Below are positions 25,601 to 38,642 of a DNA stretch of 64,000 nt, one piece after another. The notes under the pieces are model-generated. The model made no database searches. It worked only from the letters and a program-made list of their open reading frames with translations, and was not told the origin of the DNA. A program made the position numbers and the translations under genes. Origin of the DNA: Bilabrum cf. latius (taxonomy: Eukaryota); the NCBI GenBank assembly GCA_965178125.1, contig OZ237775.1, positions 434,001-498,000 on the forward strand, given 5' to 3'. Within the stretch, counting starts at the first letter, position 1. Every line of letters begins with the position of its first letter.

Positions 25601-28600
25601 GGGGACACCAAGCTGGATCAATCGGGGGGCACAACAGTGTAGCTCTCCGGGACCAATTTTGGGGGCCGCTCTTCGACGACGGGCACCACTGTAGGCCTGG
25701 CCGTGGGAGCGTTTACAGTGCAGTGCACCCCGTCGCAGTGGACCGCGACAAGCATCAGGTGCCTGGCACCGTCAGGGGCAGGCAGCGGGCTTGTAGTAAA
25801 GGTCACAGTGGCGGGGCAACAGTCGGCCCAGACCAGCTCTAAGGTCGGGTACGACCTTCCTTTACTCGACTCCGTTTCTCCAGCCAAGCTCTTTCTTCCT
25901 CCCGGTGATGAGTCCCTGGTCTCGGTGGAAATGGTCGGGTCCAACTTCGGCACTGCCGGGTTGTCAAGCGTAAGGTCAGCATAGGTAAATGGCCAGTCTT
26001 GCGGGACGCTGTCGTTCGTGTCGAGCACCAAGCTGCGGTGCGAGGGGCTGAAGGCGGGCTTGTTCTCCGGCGGCTCAACAACCGTCACTCTGGCGGGCGA
26101 CACGGCATCTTTGTCAGGGAGCTTCAGCATTTTCGGGACTCCCACGCACACCGTCACCAGGGGCAATCTGGGACTCACACAGGCGCGCTCGGTCCTGGTG
26201 CTATCCGCTGACAACGTGGGCAGTACGTCAACTGATGTCACTAGCATCAAGGTGGGCAGCCAGGCAACCGGAACTTGGTTTCCGTGCACAGGTGTAACAA
26301 TGACAGACCACGCCACCGACTCGACCAAGCAGGTGCTGCAGTGCTCTCTCAGCGGGGGCGTTGGCGCGGGTCTCACAGTCAACGTCACAACCAAGGGAGG
26401 CAGGAGCAGCGCTTCCAACCAGCAGTACAGCTTCGCCCGCCCAACAATCCTCTCCATGACGCCAGAGGTGGCCACGCTGACCGTGGGAAACTACGTCATC
26501 GAGGGGGGGAACCTGGGGAACACAGACCTTGGGCTGGTTCCAACGAACGTTAGGCTGGGTGGCCAACCGTGTGCCCGCGTGGAGCTGCTGTCCTCCTCGC
26601 AATTGAACTGCTCCGGCTTGGACGGTACCCGGGGATACAGCACCACCACGGTAGACCTGTCAGTGGGTAACCAAGCTGTGTCGGCTCCGATTTTCCAGTT
26701 CGATGGAGCTCCGTTGATTTCCTCCGTGGCACCGGCTGTTGGGAGGTCTGAAGGAGGTCAGACCATCACACTCAAGGGTGAAAACCTGGGTGAGCGAGCA
26801 GGAGACATCGACGCGATCACGATTGGCGGGAGGGCGTGCACTAGCATCACCGTGGTCGCAATAGACGCCGTGGTCACGTGCGTTACTCCACCCGGAGTTG
26901 GCAGTTTCGTGGAGCTTTAGTACAGGAAAGCTACAGGGGTGCGCACAGGAGGAACCGGCCTGTTCCAGTATGCAAGCCCGGTCGTGACGTCCATCAGCCC
27001 ATCAGAAGTGATCGGCGGAAACGTTGCAGTGGATTTCACGATTAATGGGACAAACCTCGGCAATCGGCTGGACTCGCCCTCTCTCACGGTGGGGGGGCTG
27101 TCGTGCGGATCAGTAGACGTGGTCACTCCTTCCTTCGTGCGCTGCAATGCAGTGAATGTCTCGTCGACGCTGAGCTGGGCGTCCGACGACCTCCTGCTAG
27201 CCCTCGGAGGCGAGACCTATAACCAGCTGGGTCTCATTTCCCGCATCGGGTTCCCGCTGCTTCGCGTCACGTCACCTGTCTCACTGTCGGTGGATGGCGG
27301 ACAGGAGCTGACCATCGTGGGCGAAAACCTTGGCGCGTTGCAGGAGCACGTGGGAGGCATCCAAATCGGCGGGAGGCCGTGTGTCGACCCTGTGCTAGAG
27401 TCAAGCAGCACCGTGCGATGCACCTATCCCGCCGGGGTTGGCTCTGTTGCAGTGCGCTACACTCAGGCTGGCGGCAGGTCAGTGACCGCCACAAATATAT
27501 TGGCCTATGATGAGCCGGAGCTGCTGTCCATCACGCCCAACTATGCCCTGTTTGGCGACATTGACTACGACTTTGTGATTTCTGGTACTTCGCTTGGCGT
27601 TCTGCCTCTGGATCTGCCAAGTCTCGTGAGTATAGGCGGATATGAGTGCCCGAACGTGACCCTGCTCAATTCTACCACCGTGAGGTGCTCTGGCCTGTCG
27701 GGCAGGTCAGGCTGGCTGAACTCGGATGTATCCGTTGAGGTTGGCGGCCGAAGGGCGAGGCGTGCAGATCTCCTCGAGACGTTCGGGTCTCCTCGCGTGG
27801 TGGCCGCATTCCCCGACGTGGGGAACACCTCCGGGGAGTACTGGATCGAAATCGCGACCGAGCAGCAGGGCACGCAGCTGAGCGATGTCAGGCAGATAAC
27901 GATCGGAAGCAGGCCGTGCAGTGAGATCGCCTGGGGCGGAACCGGTGCTATGCGGTGCAAGGTGCCTGCAGGTGTAGGCAGGCAGCATCGCATTGTACTG
28001 GAGAACGCAGGAGGCACCGCTACAATCGACGATGTACTGTTCTCCTACGAGCGCCCGACGGTCACGGAGGTCAGCCCAGCGAGGGTCATGACAGGCCCAA
28101 CGTCCTACAACATGACTATCACGGGGAACAGCATCGCGCTGCCACCAGATGCAACTAGTGCAGTGGGCGGCAACGGCGTGCCCGTTGTCACTGTCGGGGG
28201 CAACCCGTGCGAGGATGGGGTTGTGGTCGTGTCTGCATCTGAGATCGAGTGCAGGGGATTGTCGGCTGCATCGTGGCAGTCAGACACGATTCATTTGGTG
28301 CTTGATAGGTAGGAGACTCGCGTCGCTGGACTCTTTAGAGCGGTGCAGCCGCCTGCAGTCACTCGGCTGGACCCGTCGCAGGGCCCTACCAAGGGCAATT
28401 GGACCGTGTCTGTGTTCGGCACCGGGTTTGGCGACGGCGCGAGTGACATCAGCGAGATCACCATCGGTGGAAGGGCGTGCAGAAACCTGACCTTTGTGTC
28501 CTCGACTGAGCTCGCGTGCCGCGTCCCGGCCGGGACAGGCCGCAGCCTCGATGTTGTCGTGACGAATGCCGTAGGCAGGCAGTCCCAGGCAGTCCCACTC

Positions 28601-31600
28601 TTGAGCTATGACTCGCCCGCAGTGCTCACAACGGATCCCGACTACTATCTCACAGCCATTGAAGGTGCAGACCCGGTCGCAGTTCGCCTAACTGGTACCT
28701 CAATCGCCTCTGGAGATCCGACTGACCCTGCCCCGATCGTCCGCGTCGGTGGTGTGCAGTGCACCGCGGTTGACATCATCAGCACGGAAGAAGTGTTTTG
28801 CACTGGCTTGGACCCATCTGCTTGGACCTCCAATACGGTGGTGCTGGCGCTCGGTGGCCAGCTCGGACAGTCTCAGTCCGCCTTCAGGTTCTTCGGAAGA
28901 CCGGCAGTCTTGGCGGTCGATCCGGCGATCGGGGCGGCACAGGAAGGAGGGACGGAGCTGAACATTATCGGCGCCTCGCTTGGCTTCGCGCAGAGCGACG
29001 TCAAGCACGTGACTATTGGTGGGGAGGAGTGCGCCGACGTCGACCTGATCTCATCCGATCGACTGAGGTGCATTGCACCCCGTCACTTTGGCCAAGGTCT
29101 CGATGTGGTTGTAACTAACGCGCTGAATCTGTCGAGCGTTCCGCTTCCTGTATTCAGCTACAAAGGGCCCGAGATTGTCGGCACCACACCAGGGTACACT
29201 TTCGAGATTGCACCAGAGCTGGATGGAAGTGGCGAACTGCTCGAATTCAACGTGACTGGCCTCGGGTTCGGCCACGGCCCAGCCGCCGTTGCTAGCGTAT
29301 CAGTGGGAGGCAGGCGGTGCCCTCGAGTGGACTGGGTCTCGTCGCAGCTCCTTGGCTGCGTTGGCCTGAGAATGACGCAGTGGGCCTCTAGCGTCGTTCA
29401 AGTCGAGTTGACTAGCAACCAAACAGTGGCCGTGCCGTTGCTGCGGAGGTACGGTGCGCCCCGCGTGACTGCCGTCCAGCCCGGTTCTTCGGGTGTCGCT
29501 GGCGGTGCCAGATAGACGATCCTTTGCTCCGATTGCGGGGAAGCTGCTGCTGATGTTGTGAACGTGACGATTGGGGAGCAGCCGTGCACCAACGTGTCTG
29601 TGGACGCGTCGCAAGGAGAAGGCTTCCCGCTGTCTATCACATGCACCGCCCCTGCTGGAGCGGGGAGAGGGCTCCCCGTCCAAGTGGTTACGCGCGGCGG
29701 CAGGCAATCCGTTTCGAACAACCTGTTCTCGTACGAGGCACCAGTAGTGACACAAATTGAGCCATCGGTGGTTCTTACCGGCACAGTGAGCTACAATATC
29801 ACCGTCACAGGCACTAATTTGGGCATCGCTGCAGCTGATCTCTAGTGGGCCACAGTGGGCCAGCGCCGGTGCGAGAGCTTGCTGTTCGTGTCACCGGAGC
29901 AGTTTGAATGCATGAACGTCCAGGCGCCGTGGTATGATAACAACGTCGTGGTGCAAGTGGCTGGCTAGTCATCCCTGGCTGTGGAGCTTCTGCAGCCCCA
30001 TGCAGATCCTCGAATCGTCACCATCAGGTCCGGAGCACCAGGAGGGGTGAACGCAGTCGAAGGCGGTTACTGGGTGAACATCACCGGGGATGGCTTCGGA
30101 ACTGAATCGCGAGACATCATGGGGGCAACAGTCGGTGGTGTCGCATCGCCGGCGGCTCGCTGGATTTCTTCCACTCTAGTCATGGCACAGGTGCCGCCGG
30201 GCACGGGTACGGAGCTTCCAGTTGTGATCGAGAGACGTGATGGAGCCAGGTCAGACCCTGGATTCTTCTCGTACCAGTCGCTCGTGGTGGACCAGGTAGA
30301 GCCGCCTTATCTACTAGCAGGTGTAGGAAACGTCTCGGTTCGTATCATCGGGAACAATCTGGGCGTAGGAACCGCGGACATCTCGGACATGCAGGTGGGC
30401 GGGTACGAGTGCAGACCCTTTGAGCTCTAGAGCAGCACCTCTGCCCAATGCAACCTAACCGATGTGGACAACTGGTTCCGCTCCGAGGTGCAGATCACCA
30501 CAAGGTTCGGAAGGACCTTCCAATTCGATCAGGTATTCACCGGGCTCAGCGCTCCCGTTGTCTCGTATGCAGAGCCGGCTGTCGCACTAGCGGGCGAAAC
30601 GGTAACAGTCGTCGGCCGAGATTTCACGTGGCCAGGATCGCCAGACCAGCAGGGAGATATTGCAGAGGTGCGGATCGGGGATGTCCCCGCCGCGAGCTAC
30701 ACGGTGCTTGACAGCACCAGGGTCAGCGCCGTCGTCCCTGACGGCGTGGGTAGCGGGCTGTCACTGAGCGTCCGATCCAGCACGGGTAGGCTGTCGCTGG
30801 CCGATGATGTATTTTCCTACGGGCTTCCTGAGGTGGAGTTGAGGGAGCCTGCCTACCTTTTCCGTGGGGAAACCGGCGCACGGGTCCTCCTCTATGTCTC
30901 GAACGCTGGATTCCAGGCCGGGGATCTCGAGAGCGTTGAGCTCGTGGATGTATCCGGCGATGTCGAGACCATTGCTCCATGCAACGAGTCTGTGAGCGTT
31001 GATTACCAGACTGGAACCGTTGAATGCGTGCTGCCGTCCACTGGATCCATCGTAGGATCCGACGCGACCCATTTCAGGGTGACAGTAGGCGGTCAGCAGT
31101 CACTACCTCTGCCCAGCTTGAACGGGATTGAGGTCATCGGAGCGCCCACTGTGCAGTTAGTGCAGCCGAATCAAGGCCCGAATGCTGGCGGCACCAGCAT
31201 CGTGCTCACGTGCGATCAGATCGGTGCGTTGGGTGATGATACCGCCGTTTCCTAGGTCAGGTTCGATGGGCGCGATGTCGATTTCGAGCGCACTGGTCAG
31301 CGCACCATTCGCATCCGGTCCCTTCCCGGGGCAGGGACTGGCATCCTCATCGAGGTGATCACGCGAGGCGGCGTGGTAAGCGTGCCTCCTGGACGATTCC
31401 AGTTCGAGGTGCCCGAGATCAGCTCCGTCACACCTCCGTATTCGCTCATTGGTGACTTTGTCCAGGACTTCACGGTTCGGGGCACTGGCTTCGGTAGCGA
31501 GGAGGGGCATGTCGAATCGCTGAGCGTTGGCGGTGTGCCGTGCGGGTCGATCCAATGGGTGTCGACGAACGAAATTGAGTGCCTCGCACTGCCTTGCAGC

Positions 31601-34600
31601 CAGCTCACCCGTGCAGCGGAGCAGCTCTCCCAGGCAGATATCGTCGTGAAGGGGCAGGCCAGCTTCCCCAGCCTGGCGTTCGAGGCAGTGGGAAACCCAG
31701 TCCTCTCTAGGATCAGCCCAGCCAGGGCACAAGAGAACACATCTATCCTGATCCTGGGCCGGAACTTTGGGTACTCTGCGCGGGACCTGGGTGAGATCAC
31801 CATAGATGGGCGGCCTTGCCTCAGCACCATATGGGAAGGCAGCACCGCAGCGCGATGCATCACACCGTACATGGCAGAAGAGCGGCGAGCAAGCTCCTTC
31901 AACAATCCGGCAGCCGTGGCTGATTTGGACGTGCGGGTCACCCTCAGCAGCGGGCAGGCAAGCGCGATTCGGCCGCTGTTCACGTACGACGGGCTTGGTG
32001 ATCCGCCGTACAACGCACCTACCAACGTGATCGGCTACCGCGGCATCGGACGCAGCTCGAGCGTGACCCTGCGCTGGCTCTACTCCGACGTGGACTTCAC
32101 TGGTACTCGTGACATTCGTTTCTATGAGGACGCCACCAACTTCGAGATACAGTTCAGCACGGACCTCGTGTTCGATGCCAACGATACTCTCAGGGCTGAC
32201 CCGCGGGACGGCATGGTGCAGCGCACGATCGACCTGGAGCGAGGGATCGTCGAGATCGAGCACGAGATGGCTGGCTTCGAGCCCAATCCGTACTGGTTCC
32301 GGGTGCGAGCCACCAACGAGGCCGGCACGGGCAATTGGTCTGTTGCTTCGAACATGGTGACGGAGGCATGCCACGCCGGGCAATTCCTGCAGACGCACCG
32401 CAACCGCAGCAGCGACATCACTTGCGCCGCCTGTCCCCCGGGTGCCTACTGCGCCGGCCTGCCGCACAGCAACGTGACGGCCCTCCAGGGCTACTGGAGG
32501 GTGCCCTGGGCGGAGAGCGGGCTGGTGTTCCAAGAATGCCCAGAGAAAGAGAGCTGCTTCGGGGTGGAGCTGGACCAGCAGGGTCAAGCCATCATTGAGG
32601 AGCTTATTCGAGAGGCCACTTAGATCGAGGCCGAGGCTGCGAATGGGACGCAGACGAACTCTAGTTCTGTCGCTGCGCGTCTCCTGCAGCGTACCGCCGA
32701 AATCGAAGACGGCTCGGAGTCGCAGCTGTTCCGGCTTGACCTGGCCGCAGAGGACTTTTAGCCCGTAGCAGTCCCTGACCTGGTGCTGAACGCCCCTGAG
32801 ATTGAGGGGTGCGACGACGGCCACGCCGGCAAGCTGTGCACGACGTGCGCCCAGGGGTTCACGAGGACGGGCAACTTCAGGTGCAGGAGGTGCGCTAGCC
32901 GGTCGTTCATCCTGGTGGTGATGGTGCTGGTGGTGCTCCTGATGATGGCCATCGTGGCATTTGTGATCCGCCGCACGCTCATGACGAAGGAGAGGGAGGG
33001 CAGGATTGAGGTGATGATCATGAAGATCGGGGTGTCGCACCTGCAGACCATCGCGCTCGCCTCGACCTTCGATCTGCAGTGGCCTGACAGCGTGCTAAAC
33101 TTCTTTGACACTCTCGATACGCTGTCGAGTGTTTCGCCGAATGTGGTGTCAGTGGATTGCCTCGTGGACCGAGGCTCGGATATCGGTGAACGGACGTTTT
33201 ACCTCAAGACGGGCATGGTGCTGCTGGCCCCGCTCTTCTTCGTGGGCGGCATCGCGTTATTCTGGGTGGCGCGTTACGGCATAACCATGTTCTCAGTGTA
33301 CATGACTGAATCCAAGGCGGTTGCCGCAGGCTCAGCGGCCGCGCAAAGAGAGATCGCGGCTCTGGGCAAGTCCAAGAGGGAGCTGCCAAAGAGAGACACG
33401 AAGGTGCTATGGGCCAAGGTCCGCAAGGCAATGAAGATGCGCATCGTTCTCGGCTCGCTCTTGGACAAGATCCGCGCAATGACCGAGGAGGACATCGAGA
33501 GGATCAACCGCGAGTACGAGGAGAAACGGCGCGTGGCACAGTCGCCCGAGCAGCTGCAGCGAGCCGTCAGGATGATCGCCCGGAACAGCAAAAGGATCTC
33601 GGTCGTTCGACGCTCGGGGCGGTCCCTCGGCGGTTCGAGTAGTCGGTCTGTCGCCCACGGATTTCCGGCGAGTACTCGGTCACTGCTCGGCAAAAACAGC
33701 GAAAGCCCTGGCCTCATCAGCTCAAATCCGATGCTAGAGCGCGGCAGCAATAGCAAAGGCAAAGGCTTCGGCGGAGGGGGTGCTGCAGACTGCTCGCTGT
33801 CGGCCGATGCTCATTTTCACCATGATGGACTTGTCAGTGATTTGGTGCTTTCAGGTGATGAGGGCGGCGTATCCGAGGCGGAGGAGGCACGGCTGCACAC
33901 TAAGCATGTCATGGACAGCGCCCGTGCAGCTGGCGTGTCCACGGTCACGGCCGCTCAGATTGCTAACACGTCCATCATGACCGACAGGAAGTCCAGCACC
34001 TGGGCCCACACCACTGAGCGGATCCTTGTGTCGTGCATTGTCATTGGATTCCTGATTCATTCCACCGTCTCCGAGGCCGCCTTGCGGCTGTTCACGTGCA
34101 TCGAGATAGGAGGAGCCGTCGATTCTGACGGCACTGCGGTGCAGGGCGGGGAGGATGGTGCGGGGGCCGTGGACGAGGCTGAGACGCGGTCGGTGCTGCT
34201 GTACGACATGGACGTGGACTGCGACAGCCGGCTCAGTTTCGCGGCCAAGTTCTTCGTGGGCCTTCCTTTCTTCATGCTGTACTCGATTGGCATCCCGGTT
34301 GCAGCTGGACTAGTCATGTGGTTCATGCGTGACCATCTGGACGACCCAGTGTTCGGCAGGAGGTTTTACTTTCTGTTTGCAGGGTTCCGCACGGAGGCTG
34401 CCTACTGGGAGAGCGTGGTGGCCCTGCGCAAGGTGGGCATCGCGGTGATCTCGGTGTTCCTTCGGCCCGAGGGCATCGACGTGCAGACCTACTGCGCTCT
34501 GCTGCTGGTGTTCGCCAGCGGTGTGCTGCACTCGCGGGTGTGGCCCTACCAGCAGGCCATGCTGAACCTGCTGGAGCTGGGGTGCCTGTGCACGCAGTTC

Positions 34601-35902
34601 ATGACGCTTTACTGCGGCCTGTACCTGCTGTCACCCAGCGTGGGACAGACAGGGAAGCAGCTTGCCACTGGAATGCTGCTTCTGGTCAACATCACCTGCC
34701 TCATCACGATTGCCTCTGTGTTTATCCTCAACGGCGCAAACTCGCTGCTCAAGAGGATGGGGTGCGGGTCCATCGATCAGGCCTGCTTCTGCGGGCTTGT
34801 CGCAAGTCGCTGTGGGTGCGTTCGTGACGATAGAGCTGCCTCTGAGTTCGATGTATCGCTGCACTCCAAGAAGGCGAAGAAGCGAGCCAAGAAGCTCGGC
34901 AGGTTGCAACGACTGGCCACAACTGCCCCAGCAGCCGATATTCTCTCGCAGCAGTTTAGACCCAAGGAGCTTGTGCGTGAACTGGCTCGATCTGGATCAC
35001 TGCGGCGGCCCGGGTCTGGTTCTAGCCGAGGCAGGGGCGCGGCTTCGAAGCCTTCAACTGTGAATCCGGCAGTTGTGGCCGACCCAAAGAAATCGAGATC
35101 TAGCGCGCTGCTTGCGTGGGCCAGGCAGGGAACGGGAGACTACGCGGAGGACATCGCGGCTGAGCAGAGCCACAACCCCGCTGGTCGAACTTCCCCTAGG
35201 ACCCTAGGAGACCGCCCACTAACCCCACCCCGACGGTCGGTGCCGTCGCCTCCACCCGGCAGAAAGAGGAAAGCCCCGCGAAGCCCATCTCCTAGGCCCC
35301 AGTCGGGGCGATCTTCTGCCGTTGCGTCGCGTGCAAATTCGCCAAGCAGTGTGTGCAGCCAGTTGCAGGCTGGCGCCGCCCTGCAATGCACTGTTCCCGA
35401 TGACGGCCTTGCAGCGAGCGAGTGGACGCCTGGCAAGCCGAGGAGCAAACCGAGGGGGGCACCTGGCAAAGGCAAGGGTAGTGGTCGGCCGAGGGCCCCG
35501 CCGAAGTTCATGAAGAAATCGACGACCCCTCCTTTCGTAGGTGCATCGCTTGCTGGGGGCATTGGTGCAGCACCTCCCGCCAGCGGAGGGCAAGCAGCCC
35601 CGCGGGCCCCGCCCCGAGGCGTGCTAGTGGGAAGCCGTGCCAGGTCGCGGCGGGCCTAGCTGGCTCGACTGGGATCAAGCCGAGGTGCTGGTGTAGGGGG
35701 GGGTGGGAAACTGCTCCCGGCCGGCCTGCCCCAGGCAAAGGCAAAGGCAGAGTCAGAGGCAGCAGTGCAACGGGGCAAACAGTCCCCTGGTACATCGCCT
35801 GCCGCCGCTGAGGAGACCAAGGAGGCCGCGGCGTCAATCGTCGCTGCCCTGCAGAAGAGCCGCCGGAACATCACAACATGTACAGCGGGTACCAGTCAGT
35901 AA
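22662..35902 (+). CDS. Giant surface protein, paralog B (~4,350 aa), same architecture as paralog A; exons 22662-23373 and 23556-35902
   Basis: All plus-strand pieces from 23615 to 35659 share one frame, broken only by TAG (17 counted in the gene). The first non-TAG stop is TAA at 35900-35902. The N-terminus MRPQSDFIYGIILLNLFDL*SLVLSSC..DS.SSLVCC aligns with paralog A, and the two are colinear throughout. Confidence 0.85.
23374..23555 (+). other. Spliceosomal intron (182 nt, phase 1)
   Basis: A|GTAAGT...pyrimidine tract TTGCAG|AT. Splicing shifts the frame into the downstream poly-Gly ORF. It occupies the equivalent position and phase to the paralog A intron. Confidence 0.85.
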
Positions 35903-36487
35903 GTGATTGCGCCGCGTGGAATGCTGTGTCTGTGCTGAGGTGGGTTGGATGGCAGCAGTGCTCAACTGTTGGTCGGGTGGGCTTGTTCTGGTCGAGGGCA
36001 TGCGTGACGTAGACACGAATGTCCCTCATGTGACTGGATCTAATTAAAAGATTGGATAGGAGTGTGGACTGGAAGTTTGCGGGGCTGTGTGACGCTTTGC
36101 TGCCGTCGGAGGCACAAAGTATATCGTGCAGACCGTGACCGATGATGCCAAACCGCTTGGCTACCTGCCGTCTGGCGTTGACGCTATCTTTGTCCCTTTG
36201 GATGGGCTGCCCGGTCAATTGATTCGGGCGGTCCGGTAGCACATCGCAGATTGTGACAGGTCGCCGCTTGAGTTCCATCTGTTGAAGATGTGGTCCTTGT
36301 GGACCTTGGCTCATCGTCGGGTTACCACCAGTGCTCTTTTTGGAACGTGCATGTCATTGATACACTTCTTGCTACTGCTACTGCTGCAGAGTCTTGTTTA
36401 TTTCGGCGAGCCACTGCCAGGCTCCGAGTCGTTCGACAATATGCATTGCCCGTACGTCACACCGCACTAAGCATCCAACCAATTCAG

Positions 36488-38083
36488 ATGTATTCGCTTG
36501 CACAAGTCATTATTGTCCTCGCTGGCCTTTCAACGTGCGCGACTGCATCAACGCCGGAGCTGTGGCTTGGTGGAAGCACTCGATCTAATGGTGTATTCGA
36601 CAACTTCCGTGTAATTAACTACACCAATGCAAACGCTGCGCGGATTTACCTGTGCTGGAGCTACTTGGCGCACGAAAAGCCGGATCCAACGATTAATCCG
36701 AGCCTGCAGGCCAAAGATGTGTCGTCTGGAATGGTTGACGAATTTATTGCCAGCCACGACGGGTGGAGCCTGTTCGAGGGCTGGATCCAGATTCTAGAAG
36801 CCGAAAAGATTCGAATCGTTGGCGCCATTGGAGATGGGGGCACAAACTGCGTGCCCAAGATGAATTCCAGCGGCTCATCCTACAAGTTCATGGACCCGAA
36901 CACTGTGGGAGCTGACGCGTACGCTGCAAACATGTTATTGTATGCGCGAGCCGTGGCAAGGAAATTTGGCTCGCGGATTGATGCATGGCAGACGGAGAAC
37001 GAGCCGAATTACGCCTGGATCACTGCGGTGGCTGATTCGAGATGCTCGCTCCTCACCGGTGGCGAGCAGTGCCAATCAGACCGCGGCGAGCAATACCCAG
37101 CAGCGGCACCAGGGCTTTCTCGTCTGATTCATGACATTGATATGTCGCCTGCAACTATTCAGACTGCGCAGCTCCGCGTGAAGGAATTGTCCAACCATCA
37201 GACGATGCCAGACAGCAGCAGCAGCAGCAGCAGCTGGCTGATCCCGCTCATTGGAGCGTGGGCAAACGCGACGGTTGTGCGCCAGTCCATCGAGGCTCAA
37301 CGGAAGGGCATCCTCGCGGAGATCCCGGGGGCGCTCACCGCCGTCAACTTCATGGCGGATGTTCCAATGGACGCCAGCGGCGCCGCGCAGGAACCCCACT
37401 GGACCGACCTTGCCGCGTCGTGGTGTGACGAGTCCCTCTTCGACATCATGGCCTTCGACTCCTACCCCAACTACCTCACGGCCGCTCCAGTCCTCGGGCA
37501 GCGAGTCGGCGAGAAGGCGGCGGAGGCTGCTGCTGCGGTCGAGGCCTGCAGCCCGACGCATGCCGCCAAGGAGGCATTCCCCACCGTGGCGGGCTCCCAG
37601 GGAACAGTGCCTCTCTGGATCATGGAGACAGGGTACGCCTGCCTCCATGATGATGAGTGCACCCCCGCAAGCGGTTGCAACCGGGTGCCCGCCGCCAACT
37701 ACACGGAGGCCAACCAGGCCTAGTACTACCGAGACGCCTTCGAGTCCACGGTCGGCGCCGGGCTGGCCCAGGGATTTCTGGCGTTCGGCGCATGGCCCGG
37801 CCCGGGCGTGTCTCCGCCCGCCGCACCGGGGTACACGGCCCAGGACGAGAAGGCGCTGACGCTGGCCTCGGCGTGCTACCTGTCCCCGCCCAACGAAACT
37901 GCCAAAGCCACGGAGGCGCTGGCGGCTTGGGCGCTCGAGAACTCCGGGTATGTGTTGTCCGGGCGGCTGGGGCAGCTGGTGGGAAACATAACGAACTCCT
38001 GGGGAACGTTCCGCGCGGATCACAACCCGATGGCCGCTGCAGAGGAGCTCCGAAAGCTGTACTCAAAGGCTTTGCATGCTTGA
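36488..38083 (+). CDS. Secreted glycoside hydrolase, clan GH-A (531 aa; family not assigned)
   Basis: Signal peptide MYSLAQVIIVLAGLSTCATA; acid/base motif AWQTENEPN; nucleophile motif PLWIMETG. One TAG (37721) lies in EANQA*YYRDAF. Ends in TGA. Confidence 0.8.
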
Positions 38084-38642
38084 ATTGATAGTGTTCTGGC
38101 GATTTCTCACTCCCAAATGCAGCCATCGTACGCGTTGCTCTCCCGAAACCGTTGGACCTGCGATCTGGCCAGAAATGTTTCGATCTGAGTCTCCCAAGGT
38201 CGCGTGTTGGCGGAAGGTATGGCTCGCGAAAGGGAGGGAAGGGGGTGAAGGAATTGTACCGGCAAAGCAGACAGGGGCAAGTGCATTGAAGGATTAAGCT
38301 AGTGTTAAAGGCGTTACTAATTCCAAGAGTTACCAGCCGTGCGACCGCCGTGGTGACTGTCATGCCGCACAGCATACGGTGGCATTGGTTGCGACCACTG
38401 GAAAGATTAAAACCGGGCTTCAAACGTTGCTTTCTGAGAAAGGAGGAGTGCATTGACCATTATTATCGGCAGTACCAGTCAAGCATTCAGTTCACGGTTG
38501 AGCAAGTGATGCAGGCTGACCCTGGGCCCATCAATGAGCCGTCATACGGGAGACCGGTCGGGTTCAACGAGTTGCGTGCGATTCCTTGCATTAAACAGAC
38601 TCAGACACATCTGCGCAAATTCGAGCCTTTGCACCTGCCATT

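Noticed and set aside
31157-33040. 627-aa minus-strand ORF and many other long antisense or alternate-frame ORFs
   Set aside because: They are shadows of GC-rich coding sequence on the opposite strand or frame and show no recognisable motifs.
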